From Pocillopora damicornis (taxonomy: Eukaryota): a stretch of 64,000 nucleotides of DNA. Positions 25,201 through 37,730 of this stretch are shown piece by piece (the first letter of the stretch is position 1; each line of letters opens with the position of its first letter). The notes beneath the pieces are model-generated. The model worked only from the letters and a program-made list of their open reading frames with translations, made no database searches and was not told the origin of the DNA. The DNA is taken from positions 1 through 64,000 of the forward strand of contig NW_020844270.1 of assembly GCF_003704095.1 (NCBI RefSeq), read 5' to 3'. The translations under genes and the position numbers were made by a program.

Positions 25201-28200
25201 GTGACAGCCTAATAACACAAACATCAGACGAATTGGCAACCACGTTCAAGTGAACAGCGACCTGAACTACTCCTTGAAAACTAACACTCGAATATAAATT
25301 GCAAGTGTAAATTGCACACCCACTGTGAAGTGATTCCAAAATTAAAATCAGAACACTTTGCAATTGATTGTCCTGGAAGCAAAGCCTAATTACTTGTAAT
25401 CTAAACGGTCAAGCAGAAAGACAAACACAACACGGGAAAATGCGAGAGCCCAACATCTGTCGATTCTATTTTGCATCCACTGGTTGAGAGGGTGAATAAA
25501 TTTCTTTTCTTAACCAATAACAGAACATAAAGAAGCAATTCCACCATATGAATTTCTTTGAACGTTTAATTACAGATTCATCGTTAAATTCAACATACCT
25601 CAAGTCCCAAATAACTCTGCACACTGTTGGTACGATCTATGCAATCGATACAGTTTGTGCGAACAGCTCCTTTTTGTTTCCTGAGGAAGACACAGTACAA
25701 ATGACTAATAGTAATTAGGAAAAGACAAACGCGAAGGAAACAGCTATTTTGCACGGAAAGATTTCAGCAAGACCCCCTATGGTGAATGAAAAAGAGGTGA
25801 TTCTTTCGTTATCATTTCAGCCTGAGAACTACTTCAATTACGAAATTAAGGTAAATTTCCTAAATTCGGTTTGAAGACTCAAGATACTTTTGGAGGGTGA
25901 TAAATGCTATTTGAACTATGAATTCACTGAGAAAAAGATTATTAATAGACAAAGAAAAAGCACCACACTTTTTAATGTGATCTCCTCTAGCAAAGAACAA
26001 GCCAAACTCGTCAAGAGAAGGTCGCGCCTTTTCCTTCAGCGCCGATAGCTTGTCCAGCTTCCCACCTCGGCAGTTTTGATGATAGTCAAAGCAAATCATG
26101 CGAGTCTCCCGGCCATGAATTGAGTCTTTCAACTGATCCTGAAAATGAATTAAGGGTTCAATCAAATATAGTATTTGATCCTTGGAGAACCACTGTCTAA
26201 AAAAGGTGCCACGTCTATACTTTAGGAGAAAAATTACACAAAAATCTTTGAAATCCTAAACTTGATTAATCTTTTAAGTCTCCTCACATCTACAAAGCGC
26301 TATTCAGCGAAAATGTAACGAGATTGAAAAACCTACAAGTTCGATAAAACTGTCTTGATTTAAAACGAAATTCTGAAAACTTAATTACAACTGAAGGCAA
26401 ACCAACTAGAATGACTCGATTAGCTGGTGGTTTTGTTGACAATCAATGGAAACGATGAGGAAGGCAGAACTGCGGAAACGAACAGCGGAGCTTTAGGTGT
26501 AGAAACCAGTTATCGAAGCAGCCACTTTTGAAAACTTGCACAGCGACTCAATTTGACCAATGATATCAACCGCATGCCACATGGAACCTCACGTCACACA
26601 CGTTTAAATCAAACCGCATTCCCATGCTTGATTTCGCTGAGTTTTACTGCCAGCATAGAACTAAAAGGGACGAGAGCCCATTGAACCAGAGAGCTTTATT
26701 ACCTGGCATTTTTAGCAACGCATCCAACCTCCGTATGAGAGGAATCACAACTATGTAAGATTTGTACCTGATATGCACTGCTAAGTGTGTTTTCACCTTC
26801 TTTTGTACCAAGCAAGTTCACAAGCAACTGTTGACCATAAAGATTCTTTAGGCTTGTCAAATGTCTGTAACAAATGAACAAAAAAGCGATTAAAACCTTG
26901 ATTGTCAATTCAGAGTAAAGAGACTACATTTATATCATTATGCATGGTATAAGGATATCTAAGTGAAATATTAGAATATATTTCTTCCTCACACTTCTAA
27001 ATTTGATGATAATAAAACGGCTTTCTGGACAATTCTACAATGTTAGTACCCCGATATCACGCTCAGAAAACCATAAAACCCTGAAATATGTCTGGAAAGC
27101 TCACTGCCTTGTGACCGATCATTTGGAAGATTATTACCTTGCTACTGTTATCATAACAGACAGTAGCAAGGTAAACTCTCTGGCACAGAAATCTTAATAA
27201 TGATAGTAGCTAGGTTAAGTCTCTTGTACAGAAATCTTTATGAGACTTTAAAGACTTTACCTTGCTTCTGTTATCATTGAAATTTCTGTACAAGACTCCT
27301 GCATGTTAACTGAGGTCTAAGGTTGTATTCCTCATGGGAAATTCGTATTTCTTCTTTGTTCCGTGCTTGTGACCAACCAAATCACAGTCTCTCTTTATTG
27401 AACTAATGTAACACTTTTTTGGAGCGTTTTTATCTAACCTGTCAAAAGCAGGTGAAGATGCTTCAAACCCTCTGGAAAGTTTGACTTTGTGAGAACCAAC
27501 CTTATGAAATACAAATAAATATACTGTTATAGCATCACTTTTTGTGGTTCAATGGTCGATACATATTATCTTGCTTAGTTCTACATTCATCAATGAAAAC
27601 CCCACAATACATTTCTTTTTTTTCACACCAAGAACCACTGGATATAACTTATGAAATAATTGTGTAAATGTAGAGCAAGTATCATATAATAGCTCTCTTT
27701 TACATAACAAATTTATCTACATTGCCTCTCATTACCAAAGAAAATTGAATAACTCAATCTAACGAAGCAATTCTATCTCTGAAATTTTGCAGGAAATTAA
27801 GTCACACTAATTTTAAAGGGCACTTGTATCACTCCTGCCTAGGAATTTGATTGATCATTTTTATTCTTATATTCTTTTCATAGTCTGATACATCTATATA
27901 CTCTATTAGGATCCTCACATATTCTATATATTATCTTACATATTTTATGCTATATTTTTACCTATTTTCCCTAACTTATTCTTTTTGTTTTGTTGTCAAG
28001 CGTTTCGTACACGAGCCTCATTGCTCAGATGATTGAGCGACCACTTCCCACGTTGTTGACAATAAATACATGATTACATATTACTACTAAAACCCTGAAA
28101 ATTGTGAAAACACAAGAATCCGTAAATCAAAGGAAATTAAATTATATGGCCATTTATCTTTAATTTCACAAGACCTTGGTTTAAAGTCCTTTATAATTTG

Positions 28201-31200
28201 TAATAACTGCTGAAACACTGTTTTAGTGAAAAATTGAGACAACCACAATAAGTGTCTTTTACAATTTTACTTTTGATTTCCATTTCTTTAATTGTTTTGT
28301 TCAAAATGAAAGCAACTGCTATCAGTGTTTGGTGATAATACCTGCAAACCAGGCTGCTCCCAAAAGACTGGTACTGAACCTCGAGTTTGGACAAAAGATG
28401 TTGTCATGTCCTCAAGCACAATAAACTGTTATGACATGCAGAAATGGTATTAGTAAGGAAACTAGATCAAAATTAACCCAAGTCAATAATCATTGTTAGT
28501 TGCTATTTTCTATGATATTTCTAAATACTGCATATGTTTTGATTGGGTTCTTTTTATGATCATAAGAGGACAAAGATATACAAAATAATCAACTTTGGCT
28601 TCTTTAATTTATAAGTCATACATGTGTTCAGTAATAGGACACTCAATTGATTGCACCTTGTATGCCACTAGTTTTTTTCTTATCACATTTTGACATCATC
28701 TGTGATCTATTACAGAACAGAGACAACTTAACATAGAATCTCTCTGTTAAATGATTTAACTGTCTTGGGACTTAAAGACAGTATTATCACACCTCAGAAA
28801 AGAGAATTGGCATGAGATTGTGTGCCATAAAATTCCATCATAGGAGCAAGGGACACAGATGATCCAGTCAGTACCTGTTCAGTTTCTACAAAATTTGCCA
28901 CATGCCCATCATCATTTGTGCCTCTGACATAAAACCTTGTTCCTGCTCTCTCAGAACTCAGTCTAGACATGATACAAGCTTTAGCTTGAGTTTTTCCAGC
29001 ATACACAGTTCGTATTTCCACTGCACCACACATAACCCGTAGCAGCCATTGTGAACAGTCAATTCCAAACCTCTGTAGGTGAATGTGTAAGCAGCGATTC
29101 CTACTCAGTAACAGAAAAAAGAGGATTACACTAGACTCAACACAATGAGGGATGTAGTGGCCTAATGGTTATTGACCTGGGCTTAGCATTGGAAGGTCTG
29201 TGTTCAAGACCTCCCAGGTCATTGCACTGTGTTCTTTCATAAGACACTACTTTCATAGTTCCTCTTAGCATCAAGAAGGGCAAGTGATTACCCCAACATG
29301 GTCAGGAAGGCTGATGATGCCTGGAAATAACTTGCCACGGAAAAGCATCTTTTCCAGAAGAAGTACCACCAAAAACGTTGAATTTAATCAAATAAGCACT
29401 GCCCCCTAAATAAGGGCCTCCTTTAGATAAGTGCCTTACTTGGGACAAAAAAGTTAACAAGCGTCACCCCTAAATAAACGCTGCAATGGCAGTGTGATGC
29501 TGTATGTAGCACTGCTTACCAAGAGTCTAGGCAGGTCAAGAGGTTCCCTCTATAAGATACTATCTTAACAATAAAAATTACTGGGTAGCACTTACCAGAA
29601 AAACCTGTTATCAGGTTCACAGCTCTCATATCTTCTCTGTGCACACAATGTCAAATCCAATGGTTGCTGATCTCCAGAACAAACAGAGAAATAAAATGTT
29701 CCAGAGTTTAAAAACTTGCGTAGTTCAGCAAGAATCTCCTCATCTTGACCATCTTGCAATGGAACCAACTGAGTGGCATTGATACGAAATATTTCATTGT
29801 CATTTATCTTTCCTACTGATGTACAGCCAGTAACAAGAACAAGAAACAAACTTATCTCCTGTTCACCTACAAGAAAAAAATATCCTCAATGAGATGACTT
29901 GATCCAGGAGGCCTTGGTCAGAAATAATTAATAATTAGGGGATACTCATGATTAAGATTCAGAAAATTTCCTCAAGCCAGTGATCATTTTTATATCGCCA
30001 TCAAAGTTCTTATTACACTTGCTCCCTCTAAAGGCACAATTTCAAATATGTTCATGATTGTGCCACGCCATAGTTTTCTGAGCTTGTTCTTTTTCATTTG
30101 GTTTCTTCGCTGTGGTTGCAGTAATGATGAATTGTTTTCTGCGGATCACACCTGGTTGCCTGGGGTCCATCCTTGACAGTTGTGCTTGTTTCAAAGTCTC
30201 CATCTACTTCAGAAAATCAGATATTTTTTGTTGGGGCAATTCTCTCTTGGACAAATGCAGTTGGAGATGCAAATTTTACAGACCAGAATACTCACAATAG
30301 AACCTATTTTGTTAATGATTTCTCATTGGTTCTCCTGCCGACTTGGAACACCAACAACAATAGGACTGTCATTAATAATGGAACCTTCTGCATTAACAAG
30401 AACTTTTTGTCATATTTTTGGGATCAGAATGTCAAGATCAAATGCCATAAAATTATGTGTGCATATTACTTAAATTTAACAGCGACATTCCATTGTTTTC
30501 TTGTGAACAACTAAGTATTTAAGCTCAATCCTTGTCCTGAGAACAATGATAATTTATCTACATTCTGTTCAAATGGTATTCGAAAAAACACCTCCATCTA
30601 TATGATCAAAAAACTCATCCAACCTCATTGTGATGAATTGCTTGCCTATGGTTAAGGATTTTAAACACCCATTGTCATTCTGCTTAATGAACACTCAATC
30701 TATGACAAATAAATCAGCTGACATTTTCAACTTTGTTTGTGAACATAAAATTGACCTGCTTGCAATCACAAAGACTTGGTTAAATGTAAATGATGATGCA
30801 GTAAGAAATGAGTTGCCTCTGACAAATTACAAGCTTTGTGACCATCCCTGCACTGATCGTACTAGTGGTGGAACAGCTCTTCTTCCCTGAGACTCACTTC
30901 ATGTGAAAAAAATGAATGATGATGTATTGCTTTATCACAGTGCTGCTTTCTATATTATTGATCACAGCATTCTCCTTAACAAATTATCATCAACTTGGTT
31001 TGAATGGCACTGCCCTTGACTGGTTCTGATCTTGTCTGGCTGCTCCCAGTGAGTCTCAGTGCAGAGAGCTGTATCTGATGAGTTTGACCTGTGGCATCAT
31101 GTTCCTCAAGGTTCATGCCTTGGCCCACTTCTCTTTACAGTTCATGCAAGCGCACAGTTCAATGTCGTGGAAAAGCACCTCCCAACTGTTCATTATTATT

Positions 31201-34200
31201 GCCAAAGACTCACAGTTAAACATCTCATCTGATCCCATGGCACACTCTGCCCAGGCTGATGCAGTTGCTTCTATTGAAGATTGCATTCAAGACATCAGGC
31301 AATGGAACAGAACTTCTTTTGATCAACACCAGACGGCAACTTGCTAAAGTCACAATTGATGCAGCCATAACTACTGCCTTAATTACTGGATAATCTATCA
31401 TTGCTCTACAATCTACCATTCAGAATCTGGGTGTGGTTAGATTCTAACCTATCAGTGGGTGATCACATAACGAAAACAAGCTCTGCGGCATTCTATTATT
31501 TGTACTCTATCAGGACGATAAGGAAATATCTAAGCAAAGAATGTACGGAAACTCAGGTACATGCCTTTATTTCCAGCTGCCTTGTTATATGGCTTACCAG
31601 CATATAAGATTCAGAAACTGCAAAGAGCCCAGAACTCTGCTGCACGCCTTGTATTCAAAGGAAGTAAATTTTGTCATATTACACCATTGCTAAGAGCCCT
31701 ACACTAGTTACCCCTAGCATACTGAATAGTTTTTAAAATTTTATTGTTAACTTTTGAGGCCATTCGTAAACTTGCTCTGACTTACATTTCCCAAATTGTA
31801 TCTCTGAAAGATACTATTGAAGATCAAATGACCAAAAGTGAGTGAAATGTTAGGAATTAAAGTACAGAGTGGCAGTTTAACTATTATACAATACAGCATG
31901 AGGAGCACAAAGAACTAAAATAAACAAATTACTTACAAAATTAATAAAATGACTTACCCAGATTAATTTTGAGTACTCCCAGACAGCCATAAGCATCAAA
32001 AACCTTTGAATATCCTTTCTTGATACTCTCTGTTTCCCATTGTGCTGTGAACAAACAGAAATAACATGAAAATTGTAGATCAGGCATCTCATTAGGGTGA
32101 GCCAACATTATAAGTTTGCGATTGTTTATCAAACTGGCCATGTTTGATTTGAAGTTAGAGTGGACGGTGGGGGTAGGGGGCGGGGAATGGCAAAAAGACG
32201 CCTGCCTGAAAAGCAAAACACCCCCTGATTAGTTGTGCACCACTGTATTCCAGAAATTAGCACGTAACCAATCAAAATGAGTTAAATAAAAAAACTGGAG
32301 GCACTGTCTTCCTACAAAAAAAAAAAAACACAGAAAGAGCCAATGAGTGAAATGGTGAGGCAGTTACTTCAGCCAGAAAAGAAATGGCTTTGACAAAACC
32401 TCCTCCGCAGTCATAAATATGAGCTGATATATCTGCTGTGCTCTATATTTTCTAAACAACAATCCTTGAGTATAGCTGTCATTATCTATTTGATGATTTT
32501 TTGAAGATACTTTTTCCATTTGATCATAAACAATACTTTGAAGCTGACAAATGACAACAACACTCGAAGGTTTCCCCATCATTATTTCTTTCATATAAAC
32601 CAATACCTGAAATATCAGGCTTTTTTCAAAGCCAGTTGGCAATACAGCAGGTAGATCCTTTCCTAAAATCAGTGTAGGGATTGCTTCTTTTTGTTCCAAT
32701 TAATGTGTGAGACATACCAAATTCTTAGAGACACTTAAGTGCTTCCTCAAAAACAGAATCAAAACTAACAAATTCACCATCAACAATTTCTTTCTCCTAC
32801 AAGAGTATAATGTCTGAATGACGCATTTGGCTTGTGATTGACAGCTTAACCACACCAATTGGGAACTCCATTCATGGGCAAACAGAGTTTTGCAAAATAA
32901 CAATGACCTTGTACAAGCATAATCTTCACTCCCGCACCCCCATCCCTCTAGTTATTTCTGGCTATGGACTGCTCCCTTAGTACAAATTTCTTTCTCTCCC
33001 CAGCCTTCCACTGCCATTAAAATTAAAGATGGCAGCAATATCTGTTACATCTGACATCCAACTACTTGAAAACACCGCCCTTCCTGGTTTCTTGCCACCA
33101 CCGGACCAACCACCAACTATAACCACCTCAGCTGTATGTCATAAGCTACATGGTCTTAGTGCCTACAAAGCCACAGGGCCAGATGGCATTCCCACACACC
33201 TCCTCAAAAAAAATTGCACCTGAGCTTGCTGAACCAGTAACTGTGATCTTCAATCACTCAGCGTCATCTGGCGTGTTTCCAGAATGGTGGAAACCTAACA
33301 CATATCCCAAAGGTCAAACCAGTTACGGGTGACAGGGACTTGCAACCTATCGCCTTGACCCTTGACAAACCCGTTCCCCCAATGCTCTCTATCAATAATT
33401 TACCTCTATAGACAGTTTCATCTTACAAAATTCTCGGTCTGACCCTGTGTGACACCCTGAGGTGGAACGATAATAACAACGACATCTTCTCCAAAGCATC
33501 CAAGCAACTGCACATTCTTAGGGTCTTGAAGTGTGCTGGGGTCCCTCCGGTGGACCTTGTCACCATCTATAGCGCCTTGGTTTGCTCTGTCCTAGAATAC
33601 TCTTCCGTTGTCTGGGCTACCTGCCTTCCTCACTTCCTCATTGACCAGCTAGAAGCTATCTAGAAGAGGGCTTTGCGAATTGTTTATCCTGACCTCCACT
33701 ATCAACAGGCCCTTGCGCAAGCCATTACCAGTTTAGAGCATAGACGCGCCCATCTGTGTCTCAAAGTGTGGTAAAATATCAAAAATAACCCAGCCTGCCA
33801 GCTGCACTGTCTCCTCCCTCCTGTGCGATCCAAATGCCACTCTCACCATATTAGGAACAGTAGCAGTTCTAGCTGTTTTCAGTATAAACCAAAACGCTTT
33901 GGTTCTAGTTTTTTCCCAGCAATGGCAAAAATCAACTAATCAATAGGACTCTGGTTATTTTTTATTATAGTATTTTACCCATATCCAAATTGTAAATAAT
34001 TTATAAATAGCCTGTAATCCCAGTCCCTTCAAAACAAATGTAACTTTATTTCTTGTATCATGTAGGCACACTGTAATTCACAGTTTTTATGCCATTGTGT
34101 GTATTTTAATAAACCATTATTATCATTATTATAATTTCCATTAAAAAAATACTGAGCACTTGCTTGCCAAAATTACATCTGCTCTGCACACTAAAACATT

Positions 34201-36050
34201 CCATGATACTCTGCATCTGTTCACTAACAGATCACATATCTTTATAACAACTTTATGTAAATAGTAATAATATATATAATATATTATTATTAAAAAAGGG
34301 TTATAGAGGGAAGGAACTTATCCTCATTGCAAACTATATCCCAGATATAAATATTTAGTACTATGCAATATACATAATTATACACACTGAAACATTTTAC
34401 ATACAAGCATATATCTATATAAATATAAAATCTAAGTAAAGAAGTCATTTCTAAGATAAAAATTCTGTTGAAATGATGAATAATTAAATGATGTATAATG
34501 TATAGAATAACTTAATTTTGTACTTATAGGCCTAGTTAAATAATGTTGATTTTAGAGCTTTCTTAAAAGTATTCATTAGGTCAAATTCAACTACTGATGA
34601 TGGTAAACTGTTCCATGTGTCGATATATCTGTGCCAAAAAGAATACTTAAAGATATCTGTACAGCAAAATGGTTTATAGAGTTTAAACTGATGACTTTCT
34701 CTTGATTGCCTGTTACTGAAGGATATGTAATCATTAGTGTTTACAGAGTAGTGTCCTTTAATGAACATAAAAAGCTAAACCAAACTAAGAAACTCTCTGT
34801 GTTGAACTAGCATCAGTAGTTTCAAGGATTTCAGTAACATTCCTTTGTACACATTCAAGTTTTTCAAACAAATATGTTTGGTGAGGATTCCACACTTGAC
34901 AGGCGTACTCGAGTATTGGACAGATCATGGCTTTATAACCAGTGAAAAGAGCCTTAGAGTGAGATCCAAATGTCCCCTTGAGTAAGCCCAATAATCTGTT
35001 CAATCTTGCAACAACAGACAGTAAATGGGGTTTCCAAGATAAATCATTGGAAAGAACCACCCCAAGATGTTTGTGTGTAGACACCTGGGTAAGTAGCTAG
35101 CTATTAATAGTGTAGTTGCACGGAGAGGGAGCTCTAGCCCTGGTGAACTTCATGGACTTGCATTTGTCAGCATTTGCTCTTAAAAGCCACAAGCCACACC
35201 AATCAGTGACTTTATCTAGACTCTCCTGGGCAGTGATGGATGTTTGAGAATTGGAGGGCAGCTTACTCAAGCAAACATTTGGACATATCAAGTCAGAATG
35301 TGGTGAGAACAAAAAGGTGGCATATGAGAAACAGCTACATAACTAGCCAATTTTCAGGCCTTGATTCCTCAATAGAAAATACTAAGTTAATTTACAGAAC
35401 AGCAAAGTTTTCAAAGACTGTGAACACCGGATGTTGTTGCATTACATGAATTAAAAGTGATAGAACTATTCTTTCATTTAAAATTATTTCTCGCATATTT
35501 CTTTTGAGAATTTTTCACCCATCACTGCCTCACTCAAAATTCTTTTAATCGCTGCATGGCCTTACATTACTTCAAGATCCCTTTATAGGCATTCGGATAT
35601 TTAGATTTGCTTTGCCAGACCCTATATAAATAAAGGTTAAACCCACGCCTGCTAACGATCACTCCTTGGTTCCATATAAAGGACAGACAGTTGTTAATTG
35701 TCTGCGCTATGCAAATATCATCAGATGCATTCGATCGAAACAATTTAATTTAAGTTGGTTTGATCAATTAAAAGGAACGTCAGAACGCGAACGAGAAAGA
35801 GTTTTAGAATAGTGCTAGTGGAGATACATGTCAGGTGCCGATTTTCTTTGAAAAACAAAATAGCCATAACGTCATTCTTTCCGGAAACAGGGGAAAAGAT
35901 CGCATAAAAAAAAATTTGTTACTTACACAGCTCAGCGATTGCCCCACTCTCAAAGAGTAGTGTATCAGGTCTCCCTTTGAATTCCAATAACACGGAGACA
36001 GGATCTTTGTCTATCTTACTATAACAAACGAACGACTTTCCAATCAACAT
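13227..36050 (-). CDS. SYNJ1: Synaptojanin (Sac1 domain + inositol polyphosphate 5-phosphatase + RRM-like region + proline-rich tail), 23 coding exons, ~1505 aa
   Basis: Exons (-): 36050-35927, 32044-31958, 29866-29596, 29100-28875, 28425-28342, 27500-27439, 26864-26768, 26138-25969, 25680-25599, 24429-24277, 23869-23701, 23362-23074, 21455-21315, 20906-20714, 19911-19753, 19509-19188, 18688-18589, 18306-18100, 16785-16707, 16293-15924, 15466-15084, 14491-14341, 13825-13227. Total 4518 nt, in frame. Motifs: N-terminus [12 protein letters not shown]...LLFESGAIA; Sac1 [40 protein letters not shown] and catalytic [12 protein letters not shown]; 5-phosphatase [28 protein letters not shown] and SDHRPV; C-terminus [11 protein letters not shown]. 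The exon 8 donor (AA|GTGTGG) is weak and the exon 22 donor is ambiguous. Probably co-orthologous to vertebrate SYNJ1/2. Confidence 0.95.
16945..17180. mobile_element. Decayed palindromic retroelement terminus (Penelope-type pLTR pair with eroded hammerhead motifs)
   Basis: TGATGCTTTGACAACCTGAGCG (17006-17027) is the inverted partner of CGATGAGGTTGTTGAAACATCA (17063-17084). Weaker symmetry extends out to 16954/17136. The right arm keeps CTGA....GAAAC. Confidence 0.45.
17266..17974. mobile_element. Non-autonomous DNA transposon (MITE), Kolobok-like
   Basis: Perfect 15-bp TIR GGTTACTTCCCACCT / AGGTGGGAAGTAACC. Flanked by TTAA (17262-17265) and GTAA (17975-17978). Confidence 0.8.
21680..23014 (-). 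mobile_element. Penelope-like retroelement, truncated: inverted pLTR tail, GIY-YIG pLTR, hammerhead and 5' part of the ORF
   Basis: 22944-22699 encodes [23 protein letters not shown]...[16 protein letters not shown] (GIY-YIG endonuclease). 22480-21680 encodes the PLE ORF N-terminal region through [13 protein letters not shown] (pre-RT motif), with frameshifts. 22947-23014 is an inverted copy of 22449-22517. Confidence 0.9.
22518..22562 (-). ncRNA. Minimal type I hammerhead ribozyme of the Penelope pLTR
   Basis: The minus strand reads TAA-CTGAAGA-T-GACAGAA-GT-TTCTGTC-GAAA-CATG-TT-TTA: core CUGANGA and GAAA, perfect stem II, palindromic CAUG in place of stem III, and a 3-bp stem I. Confidence 0.75.
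27305..27400 (+). mobile_element. Decayed tRNA-derived SINE fragment
   Basis: GAGGTCTAAGGTTGTATTCCTCATGGG resembles the B-box region of the SINE head at 40949-41015 (AAGGTCTGAGGTTCGTTTCC). Confidence 0.4.
29148..29360 (+). mobile_element. Decayed tRNA-derived SINE
   Basis: A-box-like TGGCCTAATGG and B-box-like GTTCAAGACC, then a body GGTCATTGCACTGTGTTCTTTCATAAGACAC typical of invertebrate SINE2 elements. Confidence 0.5.
30000..31830 (+). mobile_element. Decayed, internally deleted L2/CR1-clade LINE
   Basis: APE endonuclease start [11 protein letters not shown]...[11 protein letters not shown]...GGTAL. RT remnants [13 protein letters not shown] and [13 protein letters not shown]-terminal [18 protein letters not shown] and [13 protein letters not shown]. 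Many stops and frameshifts. Confidence 0.85.
32364..32730 (-). pseudogene. RecQ-type DEAD/DEAH helicase N-terminal fragment, probably transposon cargo
   Basis: EQKEAI...[19 protein letters not shown] (Q motif plus Walker A TGxGKS with G>E) and [14 protein letters not shown] (motif Ia, xxPLxSLxxDQ) followed by LIFMTAEE. Truncated afterwards. Confidence 0.75.
33041..34130 (+). mobile_element. 5'-truncated, internally deleted CR1/L2-group LINE
   Basis: [54 protein letters not shown] and [10 protein letters not shown]. 3' end has AATAAA followed by a (TTA)n-like tail. Confidence 0.85.
34532..35225 (-). mobile_element. 3' fragment of a CR1-like LINE
   Basis: [55 protein letters not shown] and [17 protein letters not shown], with stops. 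Confidence 0.85.
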
Positions 36051-36139
36051 TCTCCACGGCGTCCAAGAGGATCGTGTTCGCTCTAAGAAATAGGAAATGC
36101 CGGTAAAAAGAAAAACTGTTTACAATTCCACACCTCTGT

Positions 36140-36370
36140 CTTGTCCGCCATCTTGTATACTAATTCCGCAGACCAATGTGATTGGTTTGTGATTGGACGC
36201 ACGGTTGGATGAGGAGGGAGACGGGGAGGGGAATGTGGGGTGGACGGGGGACGGGGAACGGGTGGGAAAGGAGGAATAAGGATAGAGGCCGCTTTAGTTC
36301 ACCCGGGTGACGGGATGAAAAAGAAGGAATAAGGGAAGGGGCCGCTTTAGTTCACCCGGTTCTACCAATA
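36140..36370 (-). promoter_or_regulatory. Probable synaptojanin promoter: YY1-type motif, CCAAT boxes and G-rich tract
   Basis: CAAGATGGCGG (36155-36145, minus) ~95 nt upstream of the ATG. CCAAT/ATTGG at 36173, 36181, 36192 and 36365. G-tract at 36211-36270. Duplicated GGCCGCTTTAGTTCACCCGG. Confidence 0.55.
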
Positions 36371-37062
36371 GGGTTACATGGAGTCTCAAAGTGAAAGAGT
36401 ACGTGCCGCTAGGTCTTTGAGGAAAAACAGATGATACAATTGATAATTGGTTTATGGTGTAGATGCACTTTGGAAATTAAATTTGGAGAACACAAGAAAA
36501 TCTGAAGAGTCACTTAAGGCGAATCCAAGGGCAACTCTCGCTGCTAAAGGGCTTACCAAACTTTCTGCGTGTATTCTAACCTTGATATAAGCACGCTGAG
36601 TACGAAACAATTCTTTTATAGAAAGAGGACACACTGGTCTTGTTAGATCGATGGTTTATCAGGAATATTGTCATGGAACATTCTTTTAGCAAGTTGGCCA
36701 TCTGTGATCGGTTCTTTGAATTGGTTGAAGAATACAGAGACGAAAAACGTCGAATTAAAATACTAAAATTTAAGCGTAGTTTTTGCTTGAAAAATGTCCG
36801 ATACCCAAAGGAAGGTTTTGACTCCTCACATCGATGTCAATGTTGCCTTTCAAGATGCATTTGTCTAGGAGAGGTTCCAGAAAACTTTCAGTTTTCTCAG
36901 CGGCCGCAAGACTTAAATTTTCGATTGAAAGTTCAACTGCAGATGAAGATACTCGTGACACCCGCCGATAATTGACTATAGGGAAATTAAGCAATCTGAA
37001 CTCGTGGCTGAACTAGACGAGAACTTACTGGTGAAATGCAACTTCCCATTCAACATCATGTC

Positions 37063-37163
37063 AGATAATTTAGTTTTAATAACTGAGTTGATATTGTAAA
37101 TTGACTACCGTAAGGGGCCGGGTTTCTGAAGCTGACGCTTTGGGCGTTAGCCCTTCGTCAGAG
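37063..37163 (-). mobile_element. Short interspersed repeat with a degenerate hammerhead motif (PLE pLTR/retrozyme-like)
   Basis: Minus strand CTGACGA-A-GGGC-TAAC-GCCC-AAAGCGTCAG (GAAA core mutated). Homologous to 40791-40874. Confidence 0.6.
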
Positions 37164-37730
37164 AGATTGAATCACGTTACACTGACGTTCGGCTGAGCGT
37201 TCTTAGCTAAGTAAACCATGATGGCTTTATAAAGGCCAGATAACACAAGCGCGGTATTTGATATGCAATGAGCCCACTGTTATTTCACAAAAAAATTATA
37301 AAAAGTTTATAATCTGTTGTATTTCATGAATAGACAACGTACCAGTGAGTGTAAGCTATTTAATGGCCTAGTTTTTTCAATTATATTATGGTTTAATTAA
37401 AATGCTTCATGAATTCATTTTTACCAACAGTGACCAGATGATTAAATTTTTCACTAAACCTGAAAAATATAAGGACAGATTTGAAGTGTCTTCTTCCCCT
37501 TTCCTACGGATCAAGTTATCTTTTTATTTAGTTTAACATAACTCTTCAATCCCTGTATAAAGCAGTCATGCAAGTGAATTAGCTTAGGAAAAACCACAGT
37601 AATATTTAAAGGTAAAGAGGACAAGCAGATCTATTATATACATCACAGTGTCAGTGTATGGATAAATACAGCAATAACAAATAAAACTTTATCTTTTGAA
37701 ATAGTCATCACCGCAAAAATTTCGACCAAG

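Larger units (their letters stand above)
32070..34193. mobile_element. Putative Academ-like non-autonomous DNA transposon carrying the RecQ fragment; right TIR split by a LINE
   Basis: Inverted subterminal match GCCATGTTTGATTT (32137-32150) / AAATTAAAGATGGC (33020-33033). The right end resumes after the LINE at 34131 and ends CTGCTCTGCACACTA, loosely matching the left end TGTAGATCAGGCAT. Confidence 0.45.

Noticed and set aside
25960-25970. U12-type intron at the weak synaptojanin exon 8 donor
   Set aside because: No GTATCCT donor or TCCTTAAC branch site, so it is treated as a weak U2 donor.
36450-37060. Possible small gene upstream of synaptojanin (ORFs 36640-36975 + and 36770-36994 -)
   Set aside because: No recognisable domain, in-frame stops flank the minus-strand frame, and there is no coherent exon chain. 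It could be a decayed relic but cannot be supported.
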